64,000 nt of DNA, from assembly GCF_009914755.1 (NCBI RefSeq), contig NC_060929.1. One strand, written 5' to 3'. Source of the stretch: the human T2T-CHM13v2.0 reference genome, Homo sapiens. The position numbers and the translations under genes are program-made. This document shows, piece after piece, positions 1-12,098 of the stretch (positions are counted from its first letter, which is position 1; the number at the start of each line of letters is the position of its first letter). Below the pieces are notes generated by a model. That model had not been told where the DNA came from. It searched no databases and saw nothing but the letters and a program-made list of their open reading frames with translations.

Positions 1-2059
1 TAAAATTAGGTGTTTTAAATTTATGTATTCAAATACTAAACAAAACCCAATATTGCACTAATTAGAATTACCTGGTTATGTGAGAACTGCATCAATGCTA
101 CCAGAGTCCAGGCTCTGTGTAGACAGAGCCTTCCTGACCTTCCAGGCATCGGTGGGCCCTGCTTCCTTTGACATCTTCCTAAAGCAGCATTCACTCTTCT
201 CTGTCATGTATTCTCAAATGCTGGATCTCAGTCCCACTAAGCAGGCTCTCAGCTCCTTGAGGGCTGAGACTCGGCCTCCTCCCTTTCTGAAGAGAGGCTC
301 TGCCGGGACTTTTTCTTCAGAGGCAGACCCGACAGCTCCTGTCACCTGGGCAGCTCCCATTGTCTCACTCCCCTCTCAGGGACTGCACAGCAGGCATTTC
401 AACTCCTTCCAGCTTCTCCCCCTCTAAACTCCTCGGTTTGATAAAATTTTCTTTACCCAGTTTTTGATCCCCGTCTCCTGCTAATCTATTGCCTGTGATT
501 CTACCGATAGTGCCTTTTAAGAATTTGGTGAGAAACTTTTGGTAAAAAGAATGAAGATGTCCCTCTGGCATGTAGACTGTTAGAACTTTTGAACCCAGAA
601 GCTTGGAAAGGGATCGGTTTGGGCTGCAGTGCCATTTCCTGTGAACTACAGCAGCAAATGAGTTGGAGCTAGAGGAGATCAGTAAAACCTATTCATCTCC
701 ACCTACTCATTTTTGTAAAACATAAATTTTGAACGTGACTTTGGGACTTTGAAAATGCAGTCAGTCTCCACAAACTAAAGGCTTGAAAGTTGGTTCTTAA
801 TGACAGATTTAATAAGTTATTTAAAAACCCACTAGTCATGTTCAATCAGCATCCATCTTTCTCTTTCTTCAGAGGAATTTACACTTGTTTTTCCTTTGCT
901 TTATTGAATGTACACTAAAATGATCATCGCCTCAAATTTCTTGCAACCTGAATAAGCTGTGATTTCATTCTTATGAATGATTATTTATACATTGTACTTA
1001 CTCTTGTGAAATTATATTCATGGTATTTGTGTGCAATTCACCTTTTCGTCATCAAGAAACATTTCAAATGAGGTCAACCAAATCTTCTGGCCAGAGATTT
1101 GGAAGGTCAAAGTGATGAATAATTAAATCACTATAAAGTCTTCCCTGGAAGTGAAATATATGTTGTTTGATATGAAGCATTCTCTGTGGATGTGATACTT
1201 CTGGGAAAAAGAACAAGAAACTGAATTCAAGAGGTGGTCTGCTACCCTGAGTGGTCCTCCACTGGGGATGGTCATCCTCCCAATGGGACATTTGGGAAGG
1301 TGCCAGGGAAGCGCCAGCAAGTGGTAGGAATGGGTCTAATGCTGGCTTTGGGTGCCCTGAAACAAAAGATGCTCTACTTCCTACTCAAGAGCCTGCTCAC
1401 CCAAAATACACTGAGAGGACCTGCAGTGTGCTAGATACTAGACGCCGCTATAGGATTCAGTCTCCTTTATGGCAGCATATTGGATTTTACTATGATTACT
1501 AAAAACAAAGCAAAACAAAACAAAAACCTAGTCATTTCCTATCCAATTATGGGAATTTGTTTTATGATTTCCTCATTATTACTGCTTAAGAGCAATAATT
1601 TATGAAAAACATTCCCAAAGCCCAAAGAAAATGCCTGTTATTCTATTTCAGTTTTATGTTGCTTCATACCTTTGTTACCACAACATCTGTTGCCATTCTT
1701 GCATTTTCAATCCACCTGGCATATTTTCTAATGTTTTTTGAATTCCATAATGTTTATAGTACTCTCTAGCTCAGAAAACTCGATGGCTCCCCATTTGAGA
1801 GCCAAATTTCTCTGCCTGGATTGCAAATCATTCAGGAAAATCAGTCCTGTCAGCCAGCCACATAGTCATCCTCTCCCAAAATGAGTCAGCCGCTCCTCCA
1901 GGACAAGCTCTTCACAGCTCCAGATACCCCCTTTACTCCTGATGCCTTATCTTGATAATGGTTCTTCTCTTATTAGATAAAATATCTTTTCCTTCTCTCT
2001 ACTTTTCAAATTATACCAAATCTTTCAGAAACGAATTCTGTTCTTCCTCTTCTCTAAGA

Positions 2060-2280
2060 CAGTGCATAACATGCTGAAAGTCAGGCACTTTGAAAGCAGA
2101 GGAACCTGAGTTAAAATGTAAGTCCTACCTCTTGCTGAAGATTACATTACCTGTTTAAAGCTCAGTTTCTCATCTACAAAATAAGGGTGGTAATATCTAT
2201 CACAGAGTAACATTAATATTATTAAATAAAATATTATATATATGAACTATTTAGTCTGGTATATGGTAAGTTCCCAAACA
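2060..2280 (+). mobile_element. MIR SINE (degraded)
   Basis: Core-like text 'ctcagtttctcatctacaaaataagggtggtaatatctat' resembles the MIR core. Confidence 0.7.
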
Positions 2281-2544
2281 AGGAACTGAAATTGATGAGA
2301 ATTAACCCAAGGTAACTAACATTTCACTGCCCTCTCTGACCTTCTCATTCATTTTTCTCTTTTAGAATTTAGTTTCTATCTAATAAATTAGCACATTAAT
2401 ATATATCACTGTTACTATGGTGTAATCTACCAGTAGGTTGTCCCAATTAGACAAAAAAATTTTGATGGGAAAGAAAATCTCTTCTGAATCTCCATAATAT
2501 TAGGCACTAGGATGAGCTCATTGAAGACATTAAATAAATAGAAT

Positions 2545-2700
2545 TTTATTCATTCATCATTCAGCCAGCCAAATGTATCAGCTACTCTTCTAGTACTGCG
2601 AATAAAATTGATGAGTAAATGCATTCACTACCCTCAAAGAGCTCACGGATGAGTAGAGGAGACAGACACATACATGCATAGGTATAAAAGAATGAGACAG
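2545..2700 (-). mobile_element. L2 LINE 3' end fragment
   Basis: 'attcattcatcattcagcc...ccctcaaagagctcac...gaggagacagac' typical of antisense L2 3' end. Confidence 0.6.
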
Positions 2701-2803
2701 TTTAGTGATAGACATAGTTGGTTCTTTAGTATTTCTTTAATTAATTTTAAGTGTTCTATCCATATATTACTTATATTAGAATCAAATGAACAACTCCGTA
2801 TAT

Positions 2804-3195
2804 AAGTGGTGTGCTGATAATGATTAACAACTGGCCCTCAGTGTGTAGCATTCCCCAGTTCCCATAGTATAAATATTACTACCATGTCCGGTTCCAACCA
2901 ACATGGCCTCATTAGACATGGAGTTGCAAAGACATGCATTACCCTACCCACCATGCTTTAGCACTGCCACCATCACATATTCAGTAGAATAACCCTGAGA
3001 GCACAGATAGTGGGAAAGTCCAGTAAAGCAATTCAGAAGTGAAGAGTTTTGATTACTGTACTTACTATCTTTAAACATATGGAATTTATTTCACTGTAAC
3101 TATAGAACTTAATTTTAATAATAACTGTTCAACAACTGAAAAATTTAATCATGGATTCTCCTGAGTTTCTATGAGCTGGTTCCAATGTACCACTC
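2804..3195 (-). mobile_element. MER63B-like hAT-Blackjack MITE
   Basis: Termini 'agtggtgtgctg' and 'gagctggttccaatgtaccact' form degenerate TIRs; interior matches recalled MER63 consensus in reverse. Confidence 0.7.
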
Positions 3196-3399
3196 TTTGT
3201 ATCCTACTTCCAACTCTTAGGAGGAAAGTTAGTGTTTATTATTGGCTATAAAGTTGAATTGTTATAAAGAAAGTCCATTTTAGACTACATTTAGATACAC
3301 CAACAAGTTCAATTTTCAGTTGGCTTTCTACATACAGAATGGACTTTGGAGATAATGTGTTCTATTTAATTTTCTTCAATTGCTGGTGTCTACTTATAT

Positions 3400-4420
3400 T
3401 TTAACTATTTGCTGTGAGAAATTCCAAACATATAGATAGACAGATCTATGAAATAAACCTCTCTGTGTCCATCACCTACCTTTAACCATTTCAACTCCTG
3501 GCCATTTCAGTCTCACCTCTGCCCCCAAATTTTACTCCCTCACCTCCACCATTTCTGCATCCATGCGCTCACTACTTTACCTCCCATCCCACATTATTTT
3601 GAAGAAAGTCTATCAGTTCATCTACAAGTGTGTCAGACTGTATCTCAAACATAATAACTTCTTTTCCTTAGCATAACTATAATATCACTATGATATCTTT
3701 AAAATTATAATTTCTTAATACCATCAATATTAAGATACTGAATATCTAGTCAGTATTCAAAGCTCTAATTGTCTCAAAAATGTCACAAATGTCATTCTTT
3801 ACATTTTCTGCAGTTTGTTTAAGCCTGGACACACAAAGGATTTTTTTGTGTCCACATATTATGATTAATTGATCCATCTCTTATATCTCTTTTAATTGTT
3901 TTTTCTCTTCATATAATGTTTTCCTTATATTTGCAAAATAAATAAAGATTGATTTGTCCTCCAGAGTTTTTTGCAGACTGAATTTTGCTGTTTGCTTCTA
4001 CATGCTGTTATTTACATCTTTCCTCTCCCTGTGTATTTTCCTTATACAGGGAAATGGATCTGGATGAGTTTCATCTGATTCAGGCTCAACTTTTATGCCA
4101 AAAGGACTTTAATGGTGGAATCATGAACCCCTATGAGGAGGTGCACAGGGTCGGGCCATCTCTCATTCCATGATGTTAGCAGCTGTTGGTAGTCTATGCC
4201 TAGGTCCATTAATTCATTGGGATCACAAAATGATCCTCTTCTAACTCTGTTCTTCCTTCTTCATTTATTAGCTGGAATACTATAAACAAAAACCTTGTCA
4301 TCCACTATTTGGTTAGCCATGGGTACCATCAATCTGAGAAAAACACAGTACAGTTTTGATTCTGCCCCTTACCTTACTTGTTTTCAAAATAAGTCAGTCA
4401 CTAGCATCCTCCAACAGTTA
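3400..4420 (-). mobile_element. Old L1 (L1MC4/5-like) 3' region
   Basis: T-rich; 'tgcctaggtccattaattcattggg' and 'ccttcttcatttattagctggaatact' match L1MC 3' UTR antisense. Confidence 0.65.
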
Positions 4421-5109
4421 CCAGTTCCTATTAAAGAAAGACTTTCCACTACTTTCCATTGTGATTTGCAAGCAGCAGCAAAATCATCTGGCTCAATAAA
4501 CCTGGTTTGACTTAGAGACTATCAGTTCTTCCTAAATGACACAGAAAAGTTACGGGGATATTTTAGAAAATCTTTTCTGCTTTGCTGGGTGATTTCCTCC
4601 ATGACATGATTGTTTAGAAAAAGATGAATAGCATAGAATTTTATCAGATGTGGCCTTGGAAATTGCTTCATCCATATGCCTCTTTCATTGTAAACTTGGA
4701 AAAAATGAGGCCAATTGAAATCAAGCCACCTGCCCAGAATGACCCCCACAATTGGTAGCAGGCCTGGTTCCAGAATTCTGGTTTTGTATTCCAGGAATAT
4801 TTCCTGCATTCTGACTAAAATAATGTTTCTGTCAGGAGTTCTAGTTAAAATCATTAGTAAGTACAGGAAGCAAATTGAACTCTCACAGGCTGTCCCCAAA
4901 TTAACATAAGCTATTATTCAAAAGCTCATTCCAAGCCAGACACTTTGGAACTCAGAGCATTTTCCCCAAAGTGACTCGGAATTCACTGCTGGTTAAAGCC
5001 CAGGCTAGCCTGATAACTCAAACAGCACTTGTTTGTCATTTCACACAAAGGCTGAGCCCTGTATATGAAACATCACTAACAACTATTCCCTTATAAAAAT
5101 CAATGACAA

Positions 5110-5330
5110 CAAGAAAACATTCATTTCATATTTTCTACCATGTCCTGGGACGTTTCTATGCATTTCTTCATTTCATTCCCTCCATAATCCATAATCCTAA
5201 GAGGTAGGTGCTATTAGTCCCAAGCTACCAAAAAAAAAAAAAAAAAAAAGCTGTGGGCCAGAAAAGTCAGATACGGGGCTTGAAGAGACATGGTAAGAGA
5301 TGGAGCTTGGATTGGAAACTGGGCTGCACC
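5110..5330 (-). mobile_element. MIR SINE with internal A20 run
   Basis: 'aatcctaagaggtaggtgctattagtccca' is antisense MIR core; A20 at 5230-5249. Confidence 0.6.
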
Positions 5331-5659
5331 TAAGGCAGCCGGAGCCATCTCCTTGTCTACTGCCCCAGCCCCCCAGAAAAGGAGAATCTCCCCTATTGCT
5401 GGGCCCCTGATGGTGATTCCTGCAGGTCACTGGATGTTCTGATGGGAGGAGTTCTGATGGGCACTGATGGGTGTGCAATAGGGGACTGCACTCCAATGTG
5501 GCTCAGGAGACTCCCTGGCTGGGTTGAGCACAACTCATGGCTCTAGGAAGCAGTGCTGGCTCAGCTGAGCCCTGGTTGTTGAGAAGAGATCCCAGCATAG
5601 CAAAGGAGAGTTCTGACCCTCATTTCTCAAGGAAGTGAATTTTTTATATAAAGGAGCCC

Positions 5660-6185
5660 GTCTCAGGCAGCCTCTCTGGCAGCCCACACACTAATCATGC
5701 ACTTGTGTGATCCACCCACAAGTATGTGCTGGTCACAGTGATTCACTTCTAAGAGATGGGCTACCACAGGAATGATGGGATATCAGTCCCCAGAGCAGAT
5801 GATGAAAAGCATGTGGCTTCCATCTGGGATGTGCATTCTCTCTCTCTGTCTCTCTCAAATGGCTCATGCTGGAAAAAGCCGGTCACCTTGCTGCAGAGGC
5901 AGCCCTGTAGAGAAGCCAGCATGATCTGGTGAGGTTCTGAGGCCTCCCTGCAGCAGCCCAGGAGGGGCTGACATTTTCCAGGGCCCACAGGCATGTGCTT
6001 AGAGGAGACTCTATCAGCCTCAGGTGAACCTTGAGACAACTGGGTCCCTTACTAGTATCTGGACCAGAACCACGCACCAGTCATGCCACTCCTGATTTCC
6101 TGACCTACAGAGGCTGAGATCATACATATTTGTTAGATTGCTATGTTTGGAGATAATTCGGTAAACAGCAACACCAATTAACACA
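5660..6185 (+). mobile_element. MLT1F-like MaLR solo LTR
   Basis: Start 'ggcagcctct...cttgtgtgatcc'; 3' end 'ttcctgacctacagaggctgagatcatacatatttgtt...aattaacaca'. Confidence 0.7.
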
Positions 6186-6334
6186 GTGCGATCACTAAAT
6201 CAAGGATTTTTTCCTATTAATGTATTTTTTGTAGATGTGTATAGTGATTTTATTTAGGGATGCTAGCCTTTTAACTTAAAATAGCAGATTTTTTTTTCTC
6301 ATTACAATTTTATATCCCTGAAAAATATTAAAGT

Positions 6335-6391
6335 AAAAAAAAAAAAAAAGATGTGCGTGTGCGTGTCTGTGTGTGTGTGTGTGTGTGTGTG
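6335..6391. repeat. Poly-A followed by (TG)n microsatellite
   Basis: A-run then imperfect GT/GC repeat ending in (TG)12 at 6368-6391. Confidence 0.95.
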
Positions 6392-6566
6392 CTTGTCAAT
6401 TGGGAGAGATTTTGTCCCCCACCCAGGTACAATGGGCAATGTCTGGGGACATTCTTGTCTCAATTGGGGCTTGGTGGGATGCTGCTGAACACCCTGCAAT
6501 ACACAGGCAGCCCCCACAACAGAGAATTAACCAGCCCCAAATATCAGGAGATGCTGAGGAATCCTA
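6392..6566 (+). mobile_element. MER20 hAT-Charlie MITE (internally deleted)
   Basis: 'gattttgtccccc...ggcaatgtctggggacatt...gggatgctgctgaacaccctgcaatacacaggcagcccccacaacagagaatta' matches MER20. Confidence 0.85.
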
Positions 6567-6879
6567 ACACCTAACCAATGAAATGTATCTATTCAGAAAA
6601 TAATTATATTTACATAATTGAAGCTTTAAGGTATTATATGGAAACCACAAAACACAAATATGTATTATCTATGCTTTTTTCATTTATCCTTTTTCTATTA
6701 ACTTTTTGTGTCACACGGAAAGGAAAATCTTTTAATTAAATAAAAGCAATGTTTTTCCATTTCCACAAATCTCATTGCATAAGGCAATGGCTAACATCAT
6801 GGCATATTTAAGTTCTTGATTGTTATTGTTATCAGGAACATGCAGATTGATACTTTGGAAAATTAATTGTTTCACATCA

Positions 6880-7311
<432 letters not shown>

Positions 7312-7842
7312 TTAGAGAAAACCTACAGATGAGGCACATTTATTAGAGTAAGTGGCCCCCTCCACCCTCTCCTACTTGATGGATTGCCCTGCAGCCCTGA
7401 GGATGCAGTTGGTGGTAATGGAGACGGAGAAATGGAGATGGAGACAGCACACATTTCCTCATCACTCTTACAACTGTGAGACAGACCAGTTACGAAAGCC
7501 AAGGGGCCGAGGTTGACAGGGATGAGAACCATGTAAAATCTGTGGTGTGGGGTTCACTCCAGCAGAAAGAGGCTTTCAGAGAGCTACACAACTAGTATAT
7601 GGAGAATAGAGTTTCTTAGCAAAATCAGTGCATCAAGTAGAATCATCAAATTAAACAGAATCTTTGCAATCTATGGAAGAAACTGAAAGAAAAACAATTT
7701 AAAACAATATTGATATTTGAGGTGTGCTTATCAAGCAATACTACTGAATTTCCCTTTGGCTGAAGCAATGGTGACATCATAGTGTCTGTAACATCCCAAA
7801 TAAGGACTCTGGAGAGAACTGTGGGATTAACTGCAAAGAAAG

Positions 7843-8025
7843 TGGCAGCGTAGTGCCGTCGTTAAAGCCTTGAATTGACAAATCAAAGATCTGGGTTCAA
7901 ATCCTGGCCCTGATATCTCTAGTTGGTAAAACTGAGCACAGTACTTAACTCTTGAAAGCCTAATTGGTTAAAAACAGGAATTAAATGAGATAGAGCAAAC
8001 ATGGTTAATTAGCACTCAAATGTTG
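7843..8025 (+). mobile_element. MIR SINE
   Basis: 'ggcagcgtagtg...gatctgggttcaaatcctggccctg' tRNA-derived head with B-box-like motif. Confidence 0.7.
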
Positions 8026-9168
8026 AAAGAGATTGATATCTTCTGTGCTAAAATTATTTTTATAAATTAAAAATCTGATATATGATGGCATTGTTCTTAC
8101 ATACAATATCCTCCTCCATTGAAACAAACACTACTCTACACACAGCCCTCTGCAGTTGGTGGGTCCTCGGTTCCGTTGCTGTGCCTGGACTGACATCAAC
8201 TGTAAGGTGGGTGCAGGCTTTGGCCCACTCATGGAAGGTCACTGAAAGACACAGGGCTTGTTTGCTGAACCTAAAACTGGTAACATCATGGATAGCCCTA
8301 GAAGCCCACATAAAAATACACTTCACTTTCATAATGTAACTTTTACAAGATGACATTTTCTGAATTCATAAACTTGTACAGCCAATTCCTTAGCTACTGG
8401 ATTTCTGAGGGATGAGATTTAACATTCTAGTCCAGATCATTTACTTCAGTTTTGCTGGGCCCACCCCACTTTTATTTTTTACTTCAGTAGTTTTATGCTT
8501 CCTGCTTATAGATTCAGTGGTAACATCAGTGGGCTTGGATTATTTTGCTAAACCATGGTAGCACATTTTCTTCAATACAAAGTGTCTTGAAAAGCTAAAA
8601 TAAAACCTCAACCACCTTCATATCAGTGCTGTGGATTTTTCTCCAGAAATAGAGTGGATTTAGCAAAGAAAGAAGAGTTCACAGACTTAAATACTGCCCT
8701 GAGAGATTTTACCTGGGCTATTGGCTTTATTTTCTTTAGAGGCATATTTCTTTCACTTAAAAAACTTGCAGATAAACCAATATTCTTGTACATAATTATT
8801 TTGCATATCATAAAGCAAATCCGTGTTTCAGATATGCTGATCAATGAACGAAATATTAAGGTTGTTAGGCTTACCATTATTTTCCTCCTTAAAGCCCTAT
8901 CAAAATACTAGAAAAAATAATAATAGAGCCTACAGAAATAGTGTGATCTGTTCGTCATAGATTACATCATCAACAATGTTTAGTGGGAAATAACCTCTCA
9001 CCACAGACAACAAATACTTCTCGATATAAAAAGAAGATTTAAAATAATTGGGCTAGGTTGAAATTTTTTACTTAAAAATGTATTAGAAAAAAATTATCAT
9101 TCATTCATTAATTAGGTATAAAATATTGTGAGCATTTAGTCAACATCTAATAAGCATTTATTGAGTAA

Positions 9169-9635
<467 letters not shown>

Positions 9636-10119
9636 TAACACATATTGGCACAAGAATAGATTATTTATCTTCACATAAAAGAACCTGATTTTATTTGGCT
9701 CTGGGATGGGAGGAACTGAACTGCATGTGGAGTGCAAATATGAGGTGATTGGGTACCCAAGCACGAGTCATCAGATCGTCCCCACTATTGAGCAGGAGTT
9801 GGCTGAGAGATTGGCCCAGAACATGCCTCCAAAGTTTTCTAAACTTTTTAATTTTTTAGCCTCTGTGGAATCCTTGCCAACTCTATGATTCACTTTAAAA
9901 TTTTTTTTGTAGAATTTCTGGATCAATTTGGGAACTAAGACTAGAAAAGATCTGTGTTTCGTCATCTGGAACCCAGGGAGAGGGTGAGGCACGTGGAGTT
10001 CCTTGACCCCTCATCTTGCTGAAGCAGCAAGCATGGGTGAGTGCAGAGAAGCCTCACGCACTCTTGGGCTACCAAGAGCTGTGCCAACACTGTTGTGTAA
10101 GTTGGCCAGAGAGGAACCC

Positions 10120-10510
10120 TGTATACTGGACACTAAGTTTTTTACTTCTTCAGAATAAGAAAATTAACGCAAAACCTTCCAGCACCAAATTCAAAATTTT
10201 ACACATTCTATCACTTACATATAGCTCACATAAGCATTTTATTTTTTTAGCTATTTAGAGCCTGTCTGCTTTGCACATCCCATGAGAGTGCAGTCAACAT
10301 CTGCTAGCCATAGATAAGACAAACTCTGTGGTTATAAAAGACCCAAACTTCTGCTGTTCTAAGAGCTCCATGACCCGGAGACGCCCCACCTCACTGCTGA
10401 GCAACATCTTCCCTGCCCAAGTGCCACTCAATAAAGCTTGTTGTACAATACTGTCATCTCCTAGTCCTGTCTTTTCTTCAATCAGCTCCAAAATTCTTGA
10501 AACTTCCGGT
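10120..10510 (+). mobile_element. MER74/MER73-like ERVL solo LTR
   Basis: Starts 'tgtatactggacac'; TATAAAA near 10334; AATAAA near 10429; 'acatctgctagccatagataag' matches the recalled family. Confidence 0.6.
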
Positions 10511-11339
10511 GACCAATAAATATGAGGGAATTGGTACAGGACCTGGATATTTAAAATTTGCAAACTTTGCAATTTATCTGCAGGCAAAAAGAATTAAATG
10601 AAATAATAATTTCCATAATACTGCTTCAGCTGGTTTGAATCACCACCATTAATGAGTCTCACATGTGAAAAAGTACCCCGTACCATAAGTACTCTGACAG
10701 TATAAAAGTTAGAAAGTACAGTTTATCAAGACAGCATTCATGATCTTGACTTTGGGCAGCCCCTTGTAGCAGGAAGAACCAAACTGGTGATGGGTTTATT
10801 TGTGAAGAACACCCTACCAACAGCTCCGTATACAAATGCTGGCCAAAGTATCCCAGCATCTTTAAACCAGCCTCTTGTAATCCTCAAAGATTCCAAGGTC
10901 GCATCATTGACAGGAGCATTTCTTCAGAGCAGGGCCTCCTGGATCTGCAGAGGACCTTCTGAAGAAAGGTTGGAGTGCTCTTCCCCAACGGTGTGCTTCC
11001 TGTGCACATGGATCCTGGACTTTTGTGGCTGCTGGCTCTCAGGATCTGCTCACCTCCAGCAAGTGTTTTCCCCAGGCCTCGAGTACCCACACTATTCCAA
11101 GAAATCAAGCCATTCACAGAGAAGCTTGGAGACTTCTGCCCTTGTTCAATTCTGATAGTAACCACTTATAATAACCATTGAGGTTTGACTCAGAGATGTA
11201 CAGAAAATGTGCCCTGGGACCGTCTCGCAAGGTCTTTTTTTCATTTTTTGCCTTCTTTGCACAAAGAAACGTGTGTACATTCAGACTCGCATAGCTTTGG
11301 TGATTTGGAATTCATTTTTGGCCAACGCTTCACTTTTAC

Positions 11340-11815
11340 ATTGATTAGGGTGTGATTGCAGATGCTTTAGTAGGTTTAAGTAAAAAGATACTTAATACAA
11401 AGAAGTATACATATACAAAATCATCAAAGGCTGGAGAAACAGGCTCTAGGGGTGCTCTCAGAAGCACCCCTAGTGCTTCTGAGACCCCTAGTGCTTCTCA
11501 GTCACCAGACTCTTCTCTTCTGGAGTAAACCAAGGAATTGTTAAGATTGCTTCTAATAGCAGAACTGCGTTTGCCAAAATCAAGGAAATTCTCCCTACTG
11601 CTTCTGAAGCGTCTGGAGGCATCCAGAAGCTACCTTGTGAAGTCAGAAGCCACAGAATTTCAGGCTACAGATCCTTGACACTTCTATCACCAGCTATACC
11701 AACAAATGGGAACCAATCTTTCGCCATACAACTCAGCTCCAATTCAAAGTCTCCTGTGAGAGCATCCTGTTGGTGGGACTGAGTCTTATTGGAAATGTAG
11801 TGACAAAAAAGTCAA
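11340..11815 (-). mobile_element. Old MaLR LTR (MLT1 family), degraded
   Basis: 'ggctggagaaacaggctc' and 'ttcaaagtctcctgtgagagcatcctgttggt' resemble antisense old MLT1. Confidence 0.4.
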
Positions 11816-12098
11816 GGAAATAAAAAATAAATTCATTTTTACAAACCTCTCTACCTCATTGATTCTTCAGCTACATCTTCATAGCTTAAAGCACCATAGT
11901 TTGCTACATGTGAATTTTACTTGCACATTGCTGATAAAAGCGAAAGCTATAGCTGCAACTTATTTCTCTTTTAATTTTCTAGAATGGAAAATGTATTCTG
12001 TTCCTTCTCTCCTTAAATGTTTTCTTCAATTGCCTTTCAAAAAATGTTTTTAAATAAATATTTTTATGAGGCTAATTATTGTGACTCTCGGTCTTCTA

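Noticed and set aside
5222-5255. A20 in MIR as a solitary poly-A retroinsertion
   Set aside because: Only 'aagct' is shared by the flanks, too short for a TSD; slippage in an A-rich MIR segment is sufficient
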